DNA from: an uncultured Actinomycetes bacterium | GTDB lineage: Bacteria; Actinomycetota; UBA4738; HRBIN12 | Direction of reading: 5' to 3' | DNA length: 64,000 nt | Assembly: GCA_963704885.1 (NCBI GenBank) | Contig: CAVPIB010000004.1 | Location: 320,001-384,000, forward strand | Shown: positions 42,524 through 52,754 of the stretch, in pieces | Position numbering within the stretch: the stretch's first letter is position 1 | How the letters are laid out: the number at the start of each line of letters is the position of its first letter | Made by a program: the position numbers and the translations under genes | The notes under the pieces: generated by a model | Database searches by the model: none | The model's input: the letters and a program-made list of their open reading frames with translations, nothing else | Told to the model about the DNA's origin: nothing

Positions 42524-42889
42524 CTAGCTCTCCGGCGGCTTCTTCTTCTTCTTGAAGCGGCTGGCGCCCTTCCGGAGTCCCGCGCCGACCGAGATGATCT
42601 TCACGAGCGGACTGGCCGCGGCCTGCTCGACCAATCCCGAGATGCGCTCGACGCGCAACAGGATGCCATCGATGCGGTCGATCTCGCGGTTCGTGCGCTC
42701 CACCGAACCCCGAACCTCACGGAGCAACGGCACCGTTTCTTCCCGCGTCGCGTCGATCATCATCTTCGTGCTCTCGAGCACGCGGAACGTGTTGATCAGA
42801 ACGATGCACAGGAAAAGCACCAGAAGGCCCCAGAAAGCGGCCAGGATGATCAACGCGGTGTCGCCGGCGTTGAGCGCGAGGAGCGCCAT
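42524..42889 (-). CDS. DUF948 (YoxC-like) membrane protein
   Basis: TM followed by heptad-like ETVPLLREVRGSVERTNREIDRIDGI, SPLVKI; GGAGG RBS. Confidence 0.75.
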   Translation of the reverse strand: MALLALNAGDTALIILAAFWGLLVLFLCIVLINTFRVLESTKMMIDATREETVPLLREVRGSVERTNREIDRIDGILLRVERISGLVEQAAASPLVKIISVGAGLRKGASRFKKKKKPPES

Positions 42890-42964
42890 GATTCCCCCTC
42901 CGTGGTCGGTGGTCGGGCCTGGGCGTTCGCCGCGTAGCATACCCACGCGGGCCGCGCGACCGCC

Positions 42965-44194
42965 TCACGGCTCGGCTTCTTCGCCCTCTCCCGACGGTTC
43001 GTAGTAGCGCGACCCTTGGAACCGCACCGGCCTGTACTCCTGGTCCACCTTGTGGCCCGGGAAGTCGTGAGGGTATTCGTACCCCTGCCCGTGCCCCAGG
43101 CGTTTCGCGCCGGGATACGACGCGTCGCGAAGATGCGTCGGCACGGGGTCGGCGCTCACAGCGTCTTCCATCGCCTTGGCGAGCGCGGTGTAGACGCTGT
43201 TCGACTTCGGGGCCCTGGCGAGGTAGATCGCCGCTTCGGCCAAGTTCAGTCTTGCCTCCGGGAGGCCGACGTGTTCGACCGCGTGGGCGGCGGCCGTCGC
43301 GATCAGGAGCGCTCGAGGGTCGGCCAGTCCGACGTCCTCCGACGCATGAACGATCATCCGCCGGGCGATGAACCGGGCGTCCTCGCCCGCCTCCAGCATC
43401 CGAGCCAGCCAGAACAGCGTGGCGTCGGGATCGGAACCGCGGATGCTCTTGATGAACGCGCTTATGACGTCGTAGTGGGCGTCGCCCTGCCGGTCGTAGA
43501 CGACCGCCTTCCGCTGGACGGCGTCCGCCGCCAGATCACGCGTGATCTCGGACTCGCCCGCCGCCTGGGCGGCAAGCGCAGCAGCCTCTAGCCCGGTAAG
43601 GGCTATGCGAGCGTCGCCTCCCGAGATCTCCGCCAGGTGGTCGAGCGCGTCGTCCATCGCGCCGACGCCGACCTTTCCCAGACCACGCTCGGCGTCTCCG
43701 AGAGCGCGCAGGAGCAGCGCCCGGAGGTCGTCCCTTGCGAGCGGTTCCAGTCGCAGTAGTAGGCATCTAGAGAGCAGCGGGGTGTTCAGCGAGAAGTACG
43801 GGTTCTCCGTCGTGGCGCCGATCAACGTGACCGTCCCCGATTCCACCGCAGGCAGCAGCACGTCCTGTTGCGCCTTCGACCAGCGATGGACCTCGTCCAC
43901 GAAGAGCACGGTTCGGAAGAGCCCGCCCTTCGCTCCCTCCATGACCTTGCGCGCATCGGCCACGCCCGACGAGGTGGCCGATAGCTGGATCAGGTCGGCG
44001 CTGACCGCGTCCGCGAGCAGGTGCGCGAGCGTGGTCTTGCCGGTTCCAGCAGGCCCCCACAGGATCAGAGACGGCAGGTTCCCGCCACCGACGAGCTTCG
44101 TGAGCGCCTTCCCCGGTCCCACCAGGTGAGCTTGGCCCGCGAACTCGTCGAACGTGCGGGGGCGCATCCGCGCGGCGAGCGGCTCGTGCCCCAT
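42965..44194 (-). CDS. rarA: Replication-associated recombination protein A (MgsA)
   Basis: PLAARMRP, GPAGTGKT, DEVHR, GATTENP, SAFIKSIRGSDPDA, ASEDVGLADP. Confidence 0.95.
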   Translation of the reverse strand: MGHEPLAARMRPRTFDEFAGQAHLVGPGKALTKLVGGGNLPSLILWGPAGTGKTTLAHLLADAVSADLIQLSATSSGVADARKVMEGAKGGLFRTVLFVDEVHRWSKAQQDVLLPAVESGTVTLIGATTENPYFSLNTPLLSRCLLLRLEPLARDDLRALLLRALGDAERGLGKVGVGAMDDALDHLAEISGGDARIALTGLEAAALAAQAAGESEITRDLAADAVQRKAVVYDRQGDAHYDVISAFIKSIRGSDPDATLFWLARMLEAGEDARFIARRMIVHASEDVGLADPRALLIATAAAHAVEHVGLPEARLNLAEAAIYLARAPKSNSVYTALAKAMEDAVSADPVPTHLRDASYPGAKRLGHGQGYEYPHDFPGHKVDQEYRPVRFQGSRYYEPSGEGEEAEP

Positions 44195-44198
44195 CGGC

Positions 44199-44597
44199 TC
44201 AGGTGAGCGGGAACGACACTAGGTCGGGCCGCATCTCCAGGATCAACCGCAGCTGTCCCTCCACGAGCTCCCAGGGCTCCGCTCGGTACTTGCGAGAGAG
44301 GAAGTCGATGTGTTCGTCTGCACCCTCGGTCACCATCCGCTCGATACGACCGCGGACGATCAATGGCGGCCACGGCTCCGCCGCGTCATGGCTCGAAACC
44401 ACGACCCGCGGGTCGCGGCGTAGGTTCCGCACCTTCCGGCGACCATCCACGGTGTTCAGAAGGATCAGATCTCGATCGGTGTCGACATCGACCCACATGG
44501 GTGCCAGGTGGGGCGAGCCATCGTCGTTCACGGTCGCCACGTAGGCGAGGTTGGCTCCCTGCAACAGCCGCACGGCATCTTCGGTGAGCTTCGGCAT
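44199..44597 (-). CDS. PPOX-class (putative F420-dependent) oxidoreductase
   Basis: VATVNDDGSPHLAPMW, GRRKVRNLRRDPRV, HIDFLSRKY. Confidence 0.85.
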   Translation of the reverse strand: MPKLTEDAVRLLQGANLAYVATVNDDGSPHLAPMWVDVDTDRDLILLNTVDGRRKVRNLRRDPRVVVSSHDAAEPWPPLIVRGRIERMVTEGADEHIDFLSRKYRAEPWELVEGQLRLILEMRPDLVSFPLT

Positions 44598-44601
44598 GAA
44601 C

Positions 44602-46380
44602 CTAGGCCTCCTCCTTCGGCTGCTGCGCGAGCTGGATCCCGAGCTCCCGCAGCTGCGTCATCGACGCTGGTGCCGGCGCGCCCGTGAGCGGATCCGCACC
44701 GGATTGGGCCTTCGGGAAGGCCGTCACGTCGCGGATCGCGTCCCTGCCCGCCATCAACATCACCAGCCGGTCGATCCCCATCGCTATGCCGCCATGCGGA
44801 GGGACCCCGTATCGGAACGCGGTCAGCAGGTGTCCGAACTTCTCCTGGATCTCGGCCTCGGACAACCCCAGCGCTTCGAAGATGCGGTGCTGCACGTCGG
44901 CCCGGTGGATCCGGATGCTGCCCCCGCCGACCTCGAAGCCGTTGAGGACAAGGTCGTAGCCGCGTGAGCGAGCGGTGGTCGGGTCTAGGTCGTCCGTCGC
45001 CGGCGCCGTGAAGGGATGGTGAGCCGAGGCCCACTTGTTCTCCTCGTCGCTCCACTCGAAGAGCGGGGGCTCGATCAGCCAGCAGAACGCCCACGTGTTC
45101 TCGGGGATCAGCGACAGGCGAACCGCGACCTCACGCCGGAGGCCGTCGAGCGCCACGTTCACGCGGTCGACCTTGTCGGCCACGATCGCTACCAGGTCGC
45201 CGGGTCGGGCTCCTGTGGCTTCACGGAGCCCTGCGATCTCCTGGGCGGACAGGTGTTTCTCGACCGGAGAGCGCACCCCTTCCTCCTCGACGACGAGCCA
45301 GACCAGACCGGCGGCGCCACGACCCTTCGCGTCCTGCACGAGCTGATCCAGCTCCTTGCGGGAGAGCGATCCACCCCCGGTGGCGGCGAGACCCTTGACC
45401 GCACCGCCCGATGCCAGCACCGACGCGAAGGCGTTGAAACCTGTGTGCGCGAAGACGGGCGCCAGGTCTACGAGCTCCATGCCGTACCTGAGGTCCGCCT
45501 TGTCCGACCCGAACCGGCCCGTCATCTCCTCCCATGTCATCCTCGGGAACGGCGTCGCGACCTCGGCTCCCTGCGTCTCGGCGACGATCCGCGCGTAGAG
45601 CGGCTCGATAACCGCGAACACATCGTCCTCGTCCACGAACGACATCTCGACGTCGAGCTGCGTGAACTCGAACGCGCGGTCGGCGCGCGGGGCCTCGTCT
45701 CTGAGGCATCGGACGATCTGGTAGTAGCGATCCTGACCGGCGACCATCAGCAGCTGTTTCAGCTGCTGCGGAGACTGCGGGAGTGCGTAGAACGTGCCCG
45801 GGGAGAGGCGGGACGGGACCAGGAAGTCGCGCGCGCCCTCGGGCGTGCTCCGGGTGAGCAGGGGTGTCTCCACCTCCAGGAAGCCGAGCGACTCCATGTG
45901 TTCACGGATCAGATGGTTGATCGTGTGGCGCAGGCGGAGAGTCCGGGTCATCTCAGGCCGCCTCAGGTCGAGGTACCGGTACTTCAACCGCAGATCCTCG
46001 CCTGCCTCGATCCGATCCTCGATCGGGAAGGGAGGCGTGTCGGTCTCTGACAAGATCTCGAGTCCGATCGCGGCGACCTCGACCTCACCGGTCTCGAGGT
46101 TCGGGTTCCGCATCCCGGCCGGACGCACGCGAACGGCGCCGGTCACTCGGACCACGTCCTCAGCACCCAGGTCCTGGGCAGCGGCATGCGCCTGCGGCGC
46201 GTCCTGCGGGTGGAACACCACTTGGATCGCACCCTCGCGATCGCGCAGATCGATGAACGTCACACCGCCATGGTCGCGGCGGTGCGCGACCCATCCGCAC
46301 AACGCGACTTCGGCGTCGGCGTCGCCGGCGCGTAGTTCACCACAAGCATGGGTTCGCATCGCCGTCCGCATCTGCGTCAT
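44602..46380 (-). CDS. aspS: Aspartate--tRNA(Asp/Asn) ligase, probably non-discriminating
   Basis: MRTHACG, RRDHGG, LKYRYLDLRR, STPEGARDF, ALPQSPQ, GGGSIRIH, PPHGGIA. Confidence 0.97.
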   Translation of the reverse strand: MTQMRTAMRTHACGELRAGDADAEVALCGWVAHRRDHGGVTFIDLRDREGAIQVVFHPQDAPQAHAAAQDLGAEDVVRVTGAVRVRPAGMRNPNLETGEVEVAAIGLEILSETDTPPFPIEDRIEAGEDLRLKYRYLDLRRPEMTRTLRLRHTINHLIREHMESLGFLEVETPLLTRSTPEGARDFLVPSRLSPGTFYALPQSPQQLKQLLMVAGQDRYYQIVRCLRDEAPRADRAFEFTQLDVEMSFVDEDDVFAVIEPLYARIVAETQGAEVATPFPRMTWEEMTGRFGSDKADLRYGMELVDLAPVFAHTGFNAFASVLASGGAVKGLAATGGGSLSRKELDQLVQDAKGRGAAGLVWLVVEEEGVRSPVEKHLSAQEIAGLREATGARPGDLVAIVADKVDRVNVALDGLRREVAVRLSLIPENTWAFCWLIEPPLFEWSDEENKWASAHHPFTAPATDDLDPTTARSRGYDLVLNGFEVGGGSIRIHRADVQHRIFEALGLSEAEIQEKFGHLLTAFRYGVPPHGGIAMGIDRLVMLMAGRDAIRDVTAFPKAQSGADPLTGAPAPASMTQLRELGIQLAQQPKEEA

Positions 46381-46381
46381 C

Positions 46382-47659
46382 TCACTCCACCCACCCGTCC
46401 AGGCGCGACAGCCAGTCCACTACGTCCCCTGCTGGCACCACCTTCTGAACGCCGTCTATCAGACGGCGCAGCGTCACGGTTCCGTCGGAGAGCTCGCGCT
46501 CCCCCAGGAGCGCGACGAAAACCGCCCCAGCGCGGTCGGCCATCTTCAGCTGGGCCTTCAGCGGTCGCTCCTCGTAGCTCGACATCGCCGCCAGACCTTC
46601 CTCCCTGAGCTCCGCGACGAGCTTCCGGCCGGCACCCTCCGTCTCGGGACCCCCGATCGCCACGACGAAGCAGTGCGGACCTCGAGGCGGCGGCAAGGGC
46701 ATCCCCTCGGCCTTCATGGCCAACAACACCCTGTCCAGACCCAAGGCGAACCCGACACCAGGCGTGGCCGGGCCGCCCAGCGCTTCCGCTAGGCCGTCGT
46801 AGCGCCCTCCGGCGTTGATGGTCGCCGCCTGCTCGGAAGGCATCGCGCTGGATACCCACTCGAACGTTGAGCGCGTGTAGTAGTCGAGGCCTCGAACCAG
46901 CCGCGGATCGAGCTGGTACGCGACGGCGGCATCGTCCAAGCCGCCGCGAACGGCCGTGAAGTGCGCCGCGCAGGCCTCGCACAGGTGGTCGGCGATCGTG
47001 GGCGCCGCCCGTACGAAGTCCTTCTGTCCATCGACCTTGCAGTCGAATACCCGAAGTGGGTTCTTAGCCAATCGCGTCTGGCAATCCTGATCCAGCCGAT
47101 CGCTGAACGGTTGGAGATAGGCGACCAACCGTTCCCTATAGGCGGGACGACAGGCGTCATCGCCGATCGAGTTCAGTCGGAGCACGACGTCGCGCAACCC
47201 TCGTTCACGCAAGAATCGGTCACCAACCACCATCACCTCGACGTCAGCGGCAGCACCCTCGGATCCGATGACCTCGATGCCCCACTGCCGGAACTCACGG
47301 AGGCGCCCCGCCTGTGGCCGCCCGTGACGGAACTCAGATCCCACGTAGTAGCCCTTGAACGGGAGCGGCAGCTCTTGGGCGTGCGTGAGGTAGGCGCGGA
47401 CCACCGATGCCGTGCTCTCCGGACGAAGCGTGACCGAGCGACCGCCCTTGTCCTCGAACGTGTACATCTCCTTCGTCACGACGTCCGAGGTGTCTCCCGA
47501 CGTCCGCGCGAAGAGCTCCGTGTGCTCGAACATCGGCGTCTCGACGTAGCGGAAGCCGAAGAGCCCGGCGATGCGGTGTGCCTCCTCGTAGAGGCCGAGC
47601 ATCGCGTCGGCCTGATCAGGAAGCAGATCCTGGGTCCCTCGGGGCGGCGCGAGCTCCAT
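46382..47659 (-). CDS. hisS: Histidine--tRNA ligase
   Basis: PRGTQD, KEMY.F.D, LRPESTA, RPQAGRLREF.Q, LVRGLDYY, GGRYDGL. Confidence 0.97.
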   Translation of the reverse strand: MELAPPRGTQDLLPDQADAMLGLYEEAHRIAGLFGFRYVETPMFEHTELFARTSGDTSDVVTKEMYTFEDKGGRSVTLRPESTASVVRAYLTHAQELPLPFKGYYVGSEFRHGRPQAGRLREFRQWGIEVIGSEGAAADVEVMVVGDRFLRERGLRDVVLRLNSIGDDACRPAYRERLVAYLQPFSDRLDQDCQTRLAKNPLRVFDCKVDGQKDFVRAAPTIADHLCEACAAHFTAVRGGLDDAAVAYQLDPRLVRGLDYYTRSTFEWVSSAMPSEQAATINAGGRYDGLAEALGGPATPGVGFALGLDRVLLAMKAEGMPLPPPRGPHCFVVAIGGPETEGAGRKLVAELREEGLAAMSSYEERPLKAQLKMADRAGAVFVALLGERELSDGTVTLRRLIDGVQKVVPAGDVVDWLSRLDGWVE

Positions 47660-48279
47660 CAGCTGACACTCTTCAGGAACGGGTTCGTCGCACGTTCATG
47701 TCCGACGGTCGTCTCCGGGCCGTGACCCGGCCACACCGGCAGCTCGTCGGGCAGCTCGAGGAACCTCTTCAGGCTATCAGTCATGTCCGATGGCGAGGAA
47801 TTCGCGAAGTCGGAACGGCCGATGGACCCCGCGAACACCAGGTCGCCCGAGAGCACCATCGCGTCGGTGCGGAAGCAACAATGCCCTGGCGTGTGCCCCG
47901 GCGTGTGCTGCACCTCCAGCCGAAAGCCGGCGAACTCCAGCACGTCGCCGTCGGCGATCGTCCGGAGATCCTTCACCTCGGCGAGAGGGTTCGCGAAACC
48001 GGGGTTCCACGCCTCCGGATCCGAGAACGCTACGGCGTCCGCCTCGTGTACGAACACGGGAACCTCGTCGCCCGCGAACACGCCCGCCGACGTCGCGTGG
48101 TCCACATGGGCGTGCGTGAGCAGGACGGCCGCGGGGCGCTTGCCAGCCCTGTCCAGGAGGCTTCGAACCCGTTCCGGCTCGAACCCTGGATCGACCACGA
48201 CCGCCTCCTGACTCCCCTCGGCCGCCAGGAGCCAACAGTTGGTCCCGTAAGGGTTGTCATCGAACAGGTCGCGCCACAT
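47659..48279 (-). CDS. MBL-fold metallo-hydrolase (glyoxalase II-like)
   Basis: THAHVDH, HTPGHTPG, GDLVFAGSIGRSD, PGHG. Confidence 0.92.
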   Translation of the reverse strand: MWRDLFDDNPYGTNCWLLAAEGSQEAVVVDPGFEPERVRSLLDRAGKRPAAVLLTHAHVDHATSAGVFAGDEVPVFVHEADAVAFSDPEAWNPGFANPLAEVKDLRTIADGDVLEFAGFRLEVQHTPGHTPGHCCFRTDAMVLSGDLVFAGSIGRSDFANSSPSDMTDSLKRFLELPDELPVWPGHGPETTVGHERATNPFLKSVS

Positions 48280-48341
48280 GAGGCGGTCATGGTACCCAGC
48301 GTCCTCCCCGACCGGCTCCGAGATAGCCACCCCCGCGGCGA

Positions 48342-48788
48342 TCAGCCGGGGTCGCCGTCCAGGACCAGCGTGAACGGGCCGTCGTTCGACAGCTCCACGT
48401 CCATGTGGGCGCCGAACTCCCCTCGGCTGACGATCACTCCGCGGGCCTGCAGTCCGTCGGCGAATGCCGCCACGCGCTCGGCGGCAACCTCCGGGGGCGC
48501 CGCGTCGATCCACGAGGGTCGTCGTCCCTTGCGCGTGTCGGCATAGAGGGTGAACTGCGACACCACTAGGATCTGACCGCCCACCTCGCCGATCGCCAGG
48601 TTCGTCTTGCCCTGATCGTCGGGGAACAGGCGCAGGTTCACGATCTTCTCGGCCATCCGATCGGCCTCTGTCGGGGCGTCGCCGGCGCCGATCCCCACGA
48701 GCAGCACGTATCCGCGCTCGATCGAGGCGATCGGTTCGCCGTCGACCGTCACCGACGCCCGGCGGACGCGCTGCAGCACGACACGCAT
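48342..48788 (-). CDS. dtd: D-aminoacyl-tRNA deacylase
   Basis: MRVVLQRV, VSQFTL, KGRRPS, GEFGAHM, NDGP. Confidence 0.96.
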   Translation of the reverse strand: MRVVLQRVRRASVTVDGEPIASIERGYVLLVGIGAGDAPTEADRMAEKIVNLRLFPDDQGKTNLAIGEVGGQILVVSQFTLYADTRKGRRPSWIDAAPPEVAAERVAAFADGLQARGVIVSRGEFGAHMDVELSNDGPFTLVLDGDPG

Positions 48789-48789
48789 G

Positions 48790-51039
48790 TCAACTTGGAA
48801 CGACGCGATACGCGTCGAAGACACCTTCCACGCGCTTGACGGCCGACAGCACGCTCGACAGGTGCGCGATGTCCGCCAACTCGAACGTGAATCGCAACCG
48901 GGTGATGCGATCGCGCCCGGTTGCCGAGGTTGCGGACAGGATGTTGACGTGATTGTCGGACAGCATGGTGGCCACGTCCGACAGAAGGCGGGTGCGGTCC
49001 AACGCCTCGACCATGACGGCCACGATGAACGATGTCGGCTTCCCTTCGGCCCAGGTGACCTCGATCAGCCGTTCGGGCTCCTGACGGAGGGTCCGGACGT
49101 TGGGGCAGTCGATCCGGTGGACCGAGACTCCTTGGCCGCGCGTCACGAAACCCATGATCTCGTCCCCCGGCACAGGCGTGCAGCAACGACCCAGGCGCAC
49201 CCAGACGTCGGGGAGCCCGCGAACCATCACACCCTGTCCGACCTCAGCCTGCTTGCCCAGGCGGACCGGTCGAGCTAGTGGAACCTCGGTGACGTCTTCC
49301 TCCGTCGCGTCGCTCAGCAGGCGGGTCAACCTGGCCACGATCGACTGCGGCGACACGTGGCCCTCCCCCACAGCCACGTAGAGCGAGTCCAGGTCCGGGT
49401 ACTTGAGCTCCTCGGTGGCGAGCTGCGCGAGCGTATCCTCGGTAGCCAACCGCTTGAACGGCAGGTTCTGCCTTCGCATCAGGCGCTGCAGCGCGTCGCG
49501 CCCATGGTCCAAGGCGTCCTCGCGCCGGCCGCGCGCGAACCACTGCCTGATCTTGGAGCGGGCACGCGGGGTCTTCACGAACTGGAGCCAGTCTTGGGAC
49601 GGACCCTCGCCCTGCGCCTTAGAGGTCAAGATCTCGACGCTGTCACCGGTTCGCAACTCGTAGTCGAGCGGTACGAGCTTGCCCCCGACCTTGGCTCCGA
49701 TCGTGCGATGCCCCACCTCGGTGTGGATGGCGTATGAGAAGTCGACGGGCGTGGCGCCGGCCGGCAGGTTCACCACGTCACCCCGCGGGGTGAAGACGAA
49801 GACCTGGCCTCCGTAGAGGTCGATCTTCAGCCCTTCCATGAACTCGCGGGGATCGGCCATGTCCTTCAACCACTCCATCATCTGGCCCAGCCACGCGAGG
49901 TCGGCAGCCTCCCTTGCCTGCTTGCCGCCCTCCTTGTAACGCCAGTGCGCCGCGATCCCGAACTGCGCGGTCCGATGCATCTCGCGCGTACGGACCTGGA
50001 TCTCCAGGGGCTTCCCGCCGGGACCCACGACGGTCGTATGCAGCGACTGGTACATGTTCGACTTGGGCATGGCGATGTAGTCCTTGAACCGGCCGGGGAT
50101 CGGACGCCACAGGGCGTGGATCGCTCCCAACGCCCCGTAGCAATCGCGGAGGTTGTCGACCTGGATCCGCACACCCACCAGGTCGTAGATCTCGTTGAAC
50201 TCCTTGCCGCGGATCACCATCTTCTCGTAGATGGAATACAGGTGTTTCGGGCGGCCCTCGACCTCAGCCTTGATCCCGAGTCCTTTGAGTTTGGCCCGGA
50301 GCGAGGACGTAACGTCGTTGATCAGCGATTGCCGCTCGCCCCGGCGCGCCTCGACCAGGCTCGCGATCTCGCGGTACGGACCCGGGTGCAGCGTCTTGAA
50401 CGAAAGATCCTCGAGCTCCCACTTCACCTCTTGCACGCCCAGGCGGTTGGCGAGAGGGGCGTAGATCTCCAGCGTCTCGGTGGCGATCCGGCGCTGCTTG
50501 TCCGGGGCCAGCACGGACAGGGTTCGCATGTTGTGGAGACGGTCCGCCAGCTTGATGAGCAGCACACGGATGTCTCCCGCCATGGCCACGATCATCTTGC
50601 GGACGTTCTCCGCCTGCTCCTGCTCGCGGCTCTTGTACTCGATCCGCTCGAGCTTGGTGAGGCCGTCGACGATGCGCGCGACCTCCTCGCCGAAGTCCTC
50701 CTGGATCGACCCGAGCGTCACGTCGGTGTCCTCCACGATGTCGTGAAGGAGGGCGGCCGTGATGGTGGTGGTGTCCAGATGAAGGTCCGCCAAGATCGTG
50801 GCAACCGCCACGGGGTGTTCGATGAAGTCCCCGCCGGAGATCCGCTTCTGTCCCTCGTGAGACAGCTCTGCGAGCGCGTAAGCGCGTTGGATCTCCTTGA
50901 GGTCGGCCTTTGGGTTGTATCCCCGGATCGTCTTGATCAGTGACTCGATACGCGCGGGAGTGCGCGGCTCACCGGGCCGCAGCCTCGACAACAGTCCGCC
51001 ACGTCGTTGCTCGGCCTCGACCTGTTCACGGCTGTCCAC
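48790..51039 (-). CDS. relA: Bifunctional (p)ppGpp synthetase/hydrolase Rel
   Basis: LLHDIVED HD motif, KLADRLHNMRT, RFKDYIAMPK, YQSLHT, TGS and ACT domains. Confidence 0.97.
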   Translation of the reverse strand: MDSREQVEAEQRRGGLLSRLRPGEPRTPARIESLIKTIRGYNPKADLKEIQRAYALAELSHEGQKRISGGDFIEHPVAVATILADLHLDTTTITAALLHDIVEDTDVTLGSIQEDFGEEVARIVDGLTKLERIEYKSREQEQAENVRKMIVAMAGDIRVLLIKLADRLHNMRTLSVLAPDKQRRIATETLEIYAPLANRLGVQEVKWELEDLSFKTLHPGPYREIASLVEARRGERQSLINDVTSSLRAKLKGLGIKAEVEGRPKHLYSIYEKMVIRGKEFNEIYDLVGVRIQVDNLRDCYGALGAIHALWRPIPGRFKDYIAMPKSNMYQSLHTTVVGPGGKPLEIQVRTREMHRTAQFGIAAHWRYKEGGKQAREAADLAWLGQMMEWLKDMADPREFMEGLKIDLYGGQVFVFTPRGDVVNLPAGATPVDFSYAIHTEVGHRTIGAKVGGKLVPLDYELRTGDSVEILTSKAQGEGPSQDWLQFVKTPRARSKIRQWFARGRREDALDHGRDALQRLMRRQNLPFKRLATEDTLAQLATEELKYPDLDSLYVAVGEGHVSPQSIVARLTRLLSDATEEDVTEVPLARPVRLGKQAEVGQGVMVRGLPDVWVRLGRCCTPVPGDEIMGFVTRGQGVSVHRIDCPNVRTLRQEPERLIEVTWAEGKPTSFIVAVMVEALDRTRLLSDVATMLSDNHVNILSATSATGRDRITRLRFTFELADIAHLSSVLSAVKRVEGVFDAYRVVPS

Positions 51040-51087
51040 GCCTCGCCTCCTGAAGGCCAGTCTAGCTGTGAGGTGCTGCGGAGGAGG

Positions 51088-51618
51088 TCAGTAGTGGATC
51101 AGCGTGAACAGGTCGTGCCCCGCGACCTTCTCGCGGCCCTTCAGGAAATCGAGCTCGATCAAACAGGCGATCCCGCACACCTTGCCGCCGATCCGTTCTA
51201 CGAGCGACGCGGCGGCCTTCGCCGTTCCGCCGGTTGCCAGCACGTCGTCGACGACCAGGACCCGCTCTCCGGGGCGCACGGCGTCGCGGTGCAGTTCGAG
51301 CGTGGCGGTCCCGTACTCCAGGGTGTACTCCTCGGCCACGGTGGTCCAAGGGAGCTTGCCTTGCTTGCGGACCGGCACGACGCCGGCGCCGAAGTGATAG
51401 GCGACCGGCGCCGCCAGGATGAACCCTCGCGCTTCGATGCCCACGACCTTGTCGACGTTGCCCCTGCCGAAGTGCACCACGATCAGGTCGATGATCGTGG
51501 AGAACGCGATCGGATCCGCCAACACCGGCGTGATGTCCTTGTACACGATCCCGGGCTCGGGGAAGTCCGGAACGTCGCGGATGAGCGCCTGGATCGCTTG
51601 GATGTCCATCCGGGTCAC
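51088..51618 (-). CDS. apt: Adenine phosphoribosyltransferase
   Basis: DFPEPGIVYKDIT, EARGF, RKQGKLP, LEYG, VDDVLATGGT. Confidence 0.97.
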   Translation of the reverse strand: MTRMDIQAIQALIRDVPDFPEPGIVYKDITPVLADPIAFSTIIDLIVVHFGRGNVDKVVGIEARGFILAAPVAYHFGAGVVPVRKQGKLPWTTVAEEYTLEYGTATLELHRDAVRPGERVLVVDDVLATGGTAKAAASLVERIGGKVCGIACLIELDFLKGREKVAGHDLFTLIHY

Positions 51619-52754
51619 CTGCGCTTGCGCTTGGCCGGCGGTTTCCGCTTGCTCTTCGGCCGGGGTCGCGACGGGCCGCCCGTTCGCGCTGTGGTCCGGG
51701 TGGCCGCGGCTGCACTAGCGGCCGCGGGAACCGTAACAGCCTCCTCGCGCTCCTCGTCATGCTCGGGGGCCTGCGCGGCTTTCGTCGGCCTTTGACCACG
51801 GGTGTCGCGTACCTGCCTCCTGGCCTCCATCTGCCGGTAGCGGTCTTCTCTGCCCTTCAGGACCGTCAGGACCGGAGCCGCGACGAATATGGAGGAGTAG
51901 GTGCCGATGGTCACCCCGACGAACATCGCGAAAGCGAAGTCCTTCAGCGTGTCGCCACCGATGAACAGGAGCGAGAGGATCGGGAGCAGCACCACGAGCG
52001 ACGTGTTCACCGATCGCATCAAGACCTGGTTCAGCGAGTGATTGACCGTTCCGTCGTACCCGAGCCGCGTCACCATGGCCGAGGTCTCGGTGTTCTCCTT
52101 GATCTTGTCGTAGATCACGACGGTGTCGTACAGCGAGAACCCGAGGATGGTGAGGATGGCGATCACGGTGGCGGGGGTCACCTGACGTCCCACCAACGCG
52201 TAAAGGCCGGCCGTGATCACGACGTCGTGGACGAGGGCGACCATCGCCCCGAAGGCCATCTTCCATTCGAACCTGACCGAGATGTAGAGCGCGATCGCCA
52301 GCAGCACGATGAAGAGGCCGGACAACGCCTTCCTTGAGATCTCGCGACCCCACGTGGGCCCGACGTCCTGCTGACTGATGTCCGCCCTCGGGATCCCGGC
52401 CTGCTCGGCCAACGCGTCGAGCACCGCGTCGCCGCCATCAGCGTCGTCGGTGAGCGTCGAGGTCCGGATCACGATCGTGTCGCCGTTCGCGATCTGCACC
52501 TCGGAATCCGAGTGCCCGTTGTCGGAAAGGACGCCGCTGACGTCTTGCACGGTTAGGGCGGTCGTGAAGGTGTACTGCAGTTGGGCGCCGCCCTCGAAAT
52601 CGATCGACAGGTTGAACTGCTTGAACAGCAGCCCGATCAGAGACAGGACGATGAGCACGCCGGAGAACGCGAACCAGGCGTTGCGACGATCGATGAATCG
52701 GAACCTCGGGATCGTATGACCGCGGTAGGTCGCGACGGCGTGATGGAGGTTCAC
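51615..52754 (-). CDS. secF: Protein translocase subunit SecF
   Basis: SIDFEGG, VGPTWG, HDV, LTILGFSLYDTVVIYDKIKEN, RSVNTS, GTYSSIF; basic tail. Confidence 0.96.
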   Translation of the reverse strand: MNLHHAVATYRGHTIPRFRFIDRRNAWFAFSGVLIVLSLIGLLFKQFNLSIDFEGGAQLQYTFTTALTVQDVSGVLSDNGHSDSEVQIANGDTIVIRTSTLTDDADGGDAVLDALAEQAGIPRADISQQDVGPTWGREISRKALSGLFIVLLAIALYISVRFEWKMAFGAMVALVHDVVITAGLYALVGRQVTPATVIAILTILGFSLYDTVVIYDKIKENTETSAMVTRLGYDGTVNHSLNQVLMRSVNTSLVVLLPILSLLFIGGDTLKDFAFAMFVGVTIGTYSSIFVAAPVLTVLKGREDRYRQMEARRQVRDTRGQRPTKAAQAPEHDEEREEAVTVPAAASAAAATRTTARTGGPSRPRPKSKRKPPAKRKRR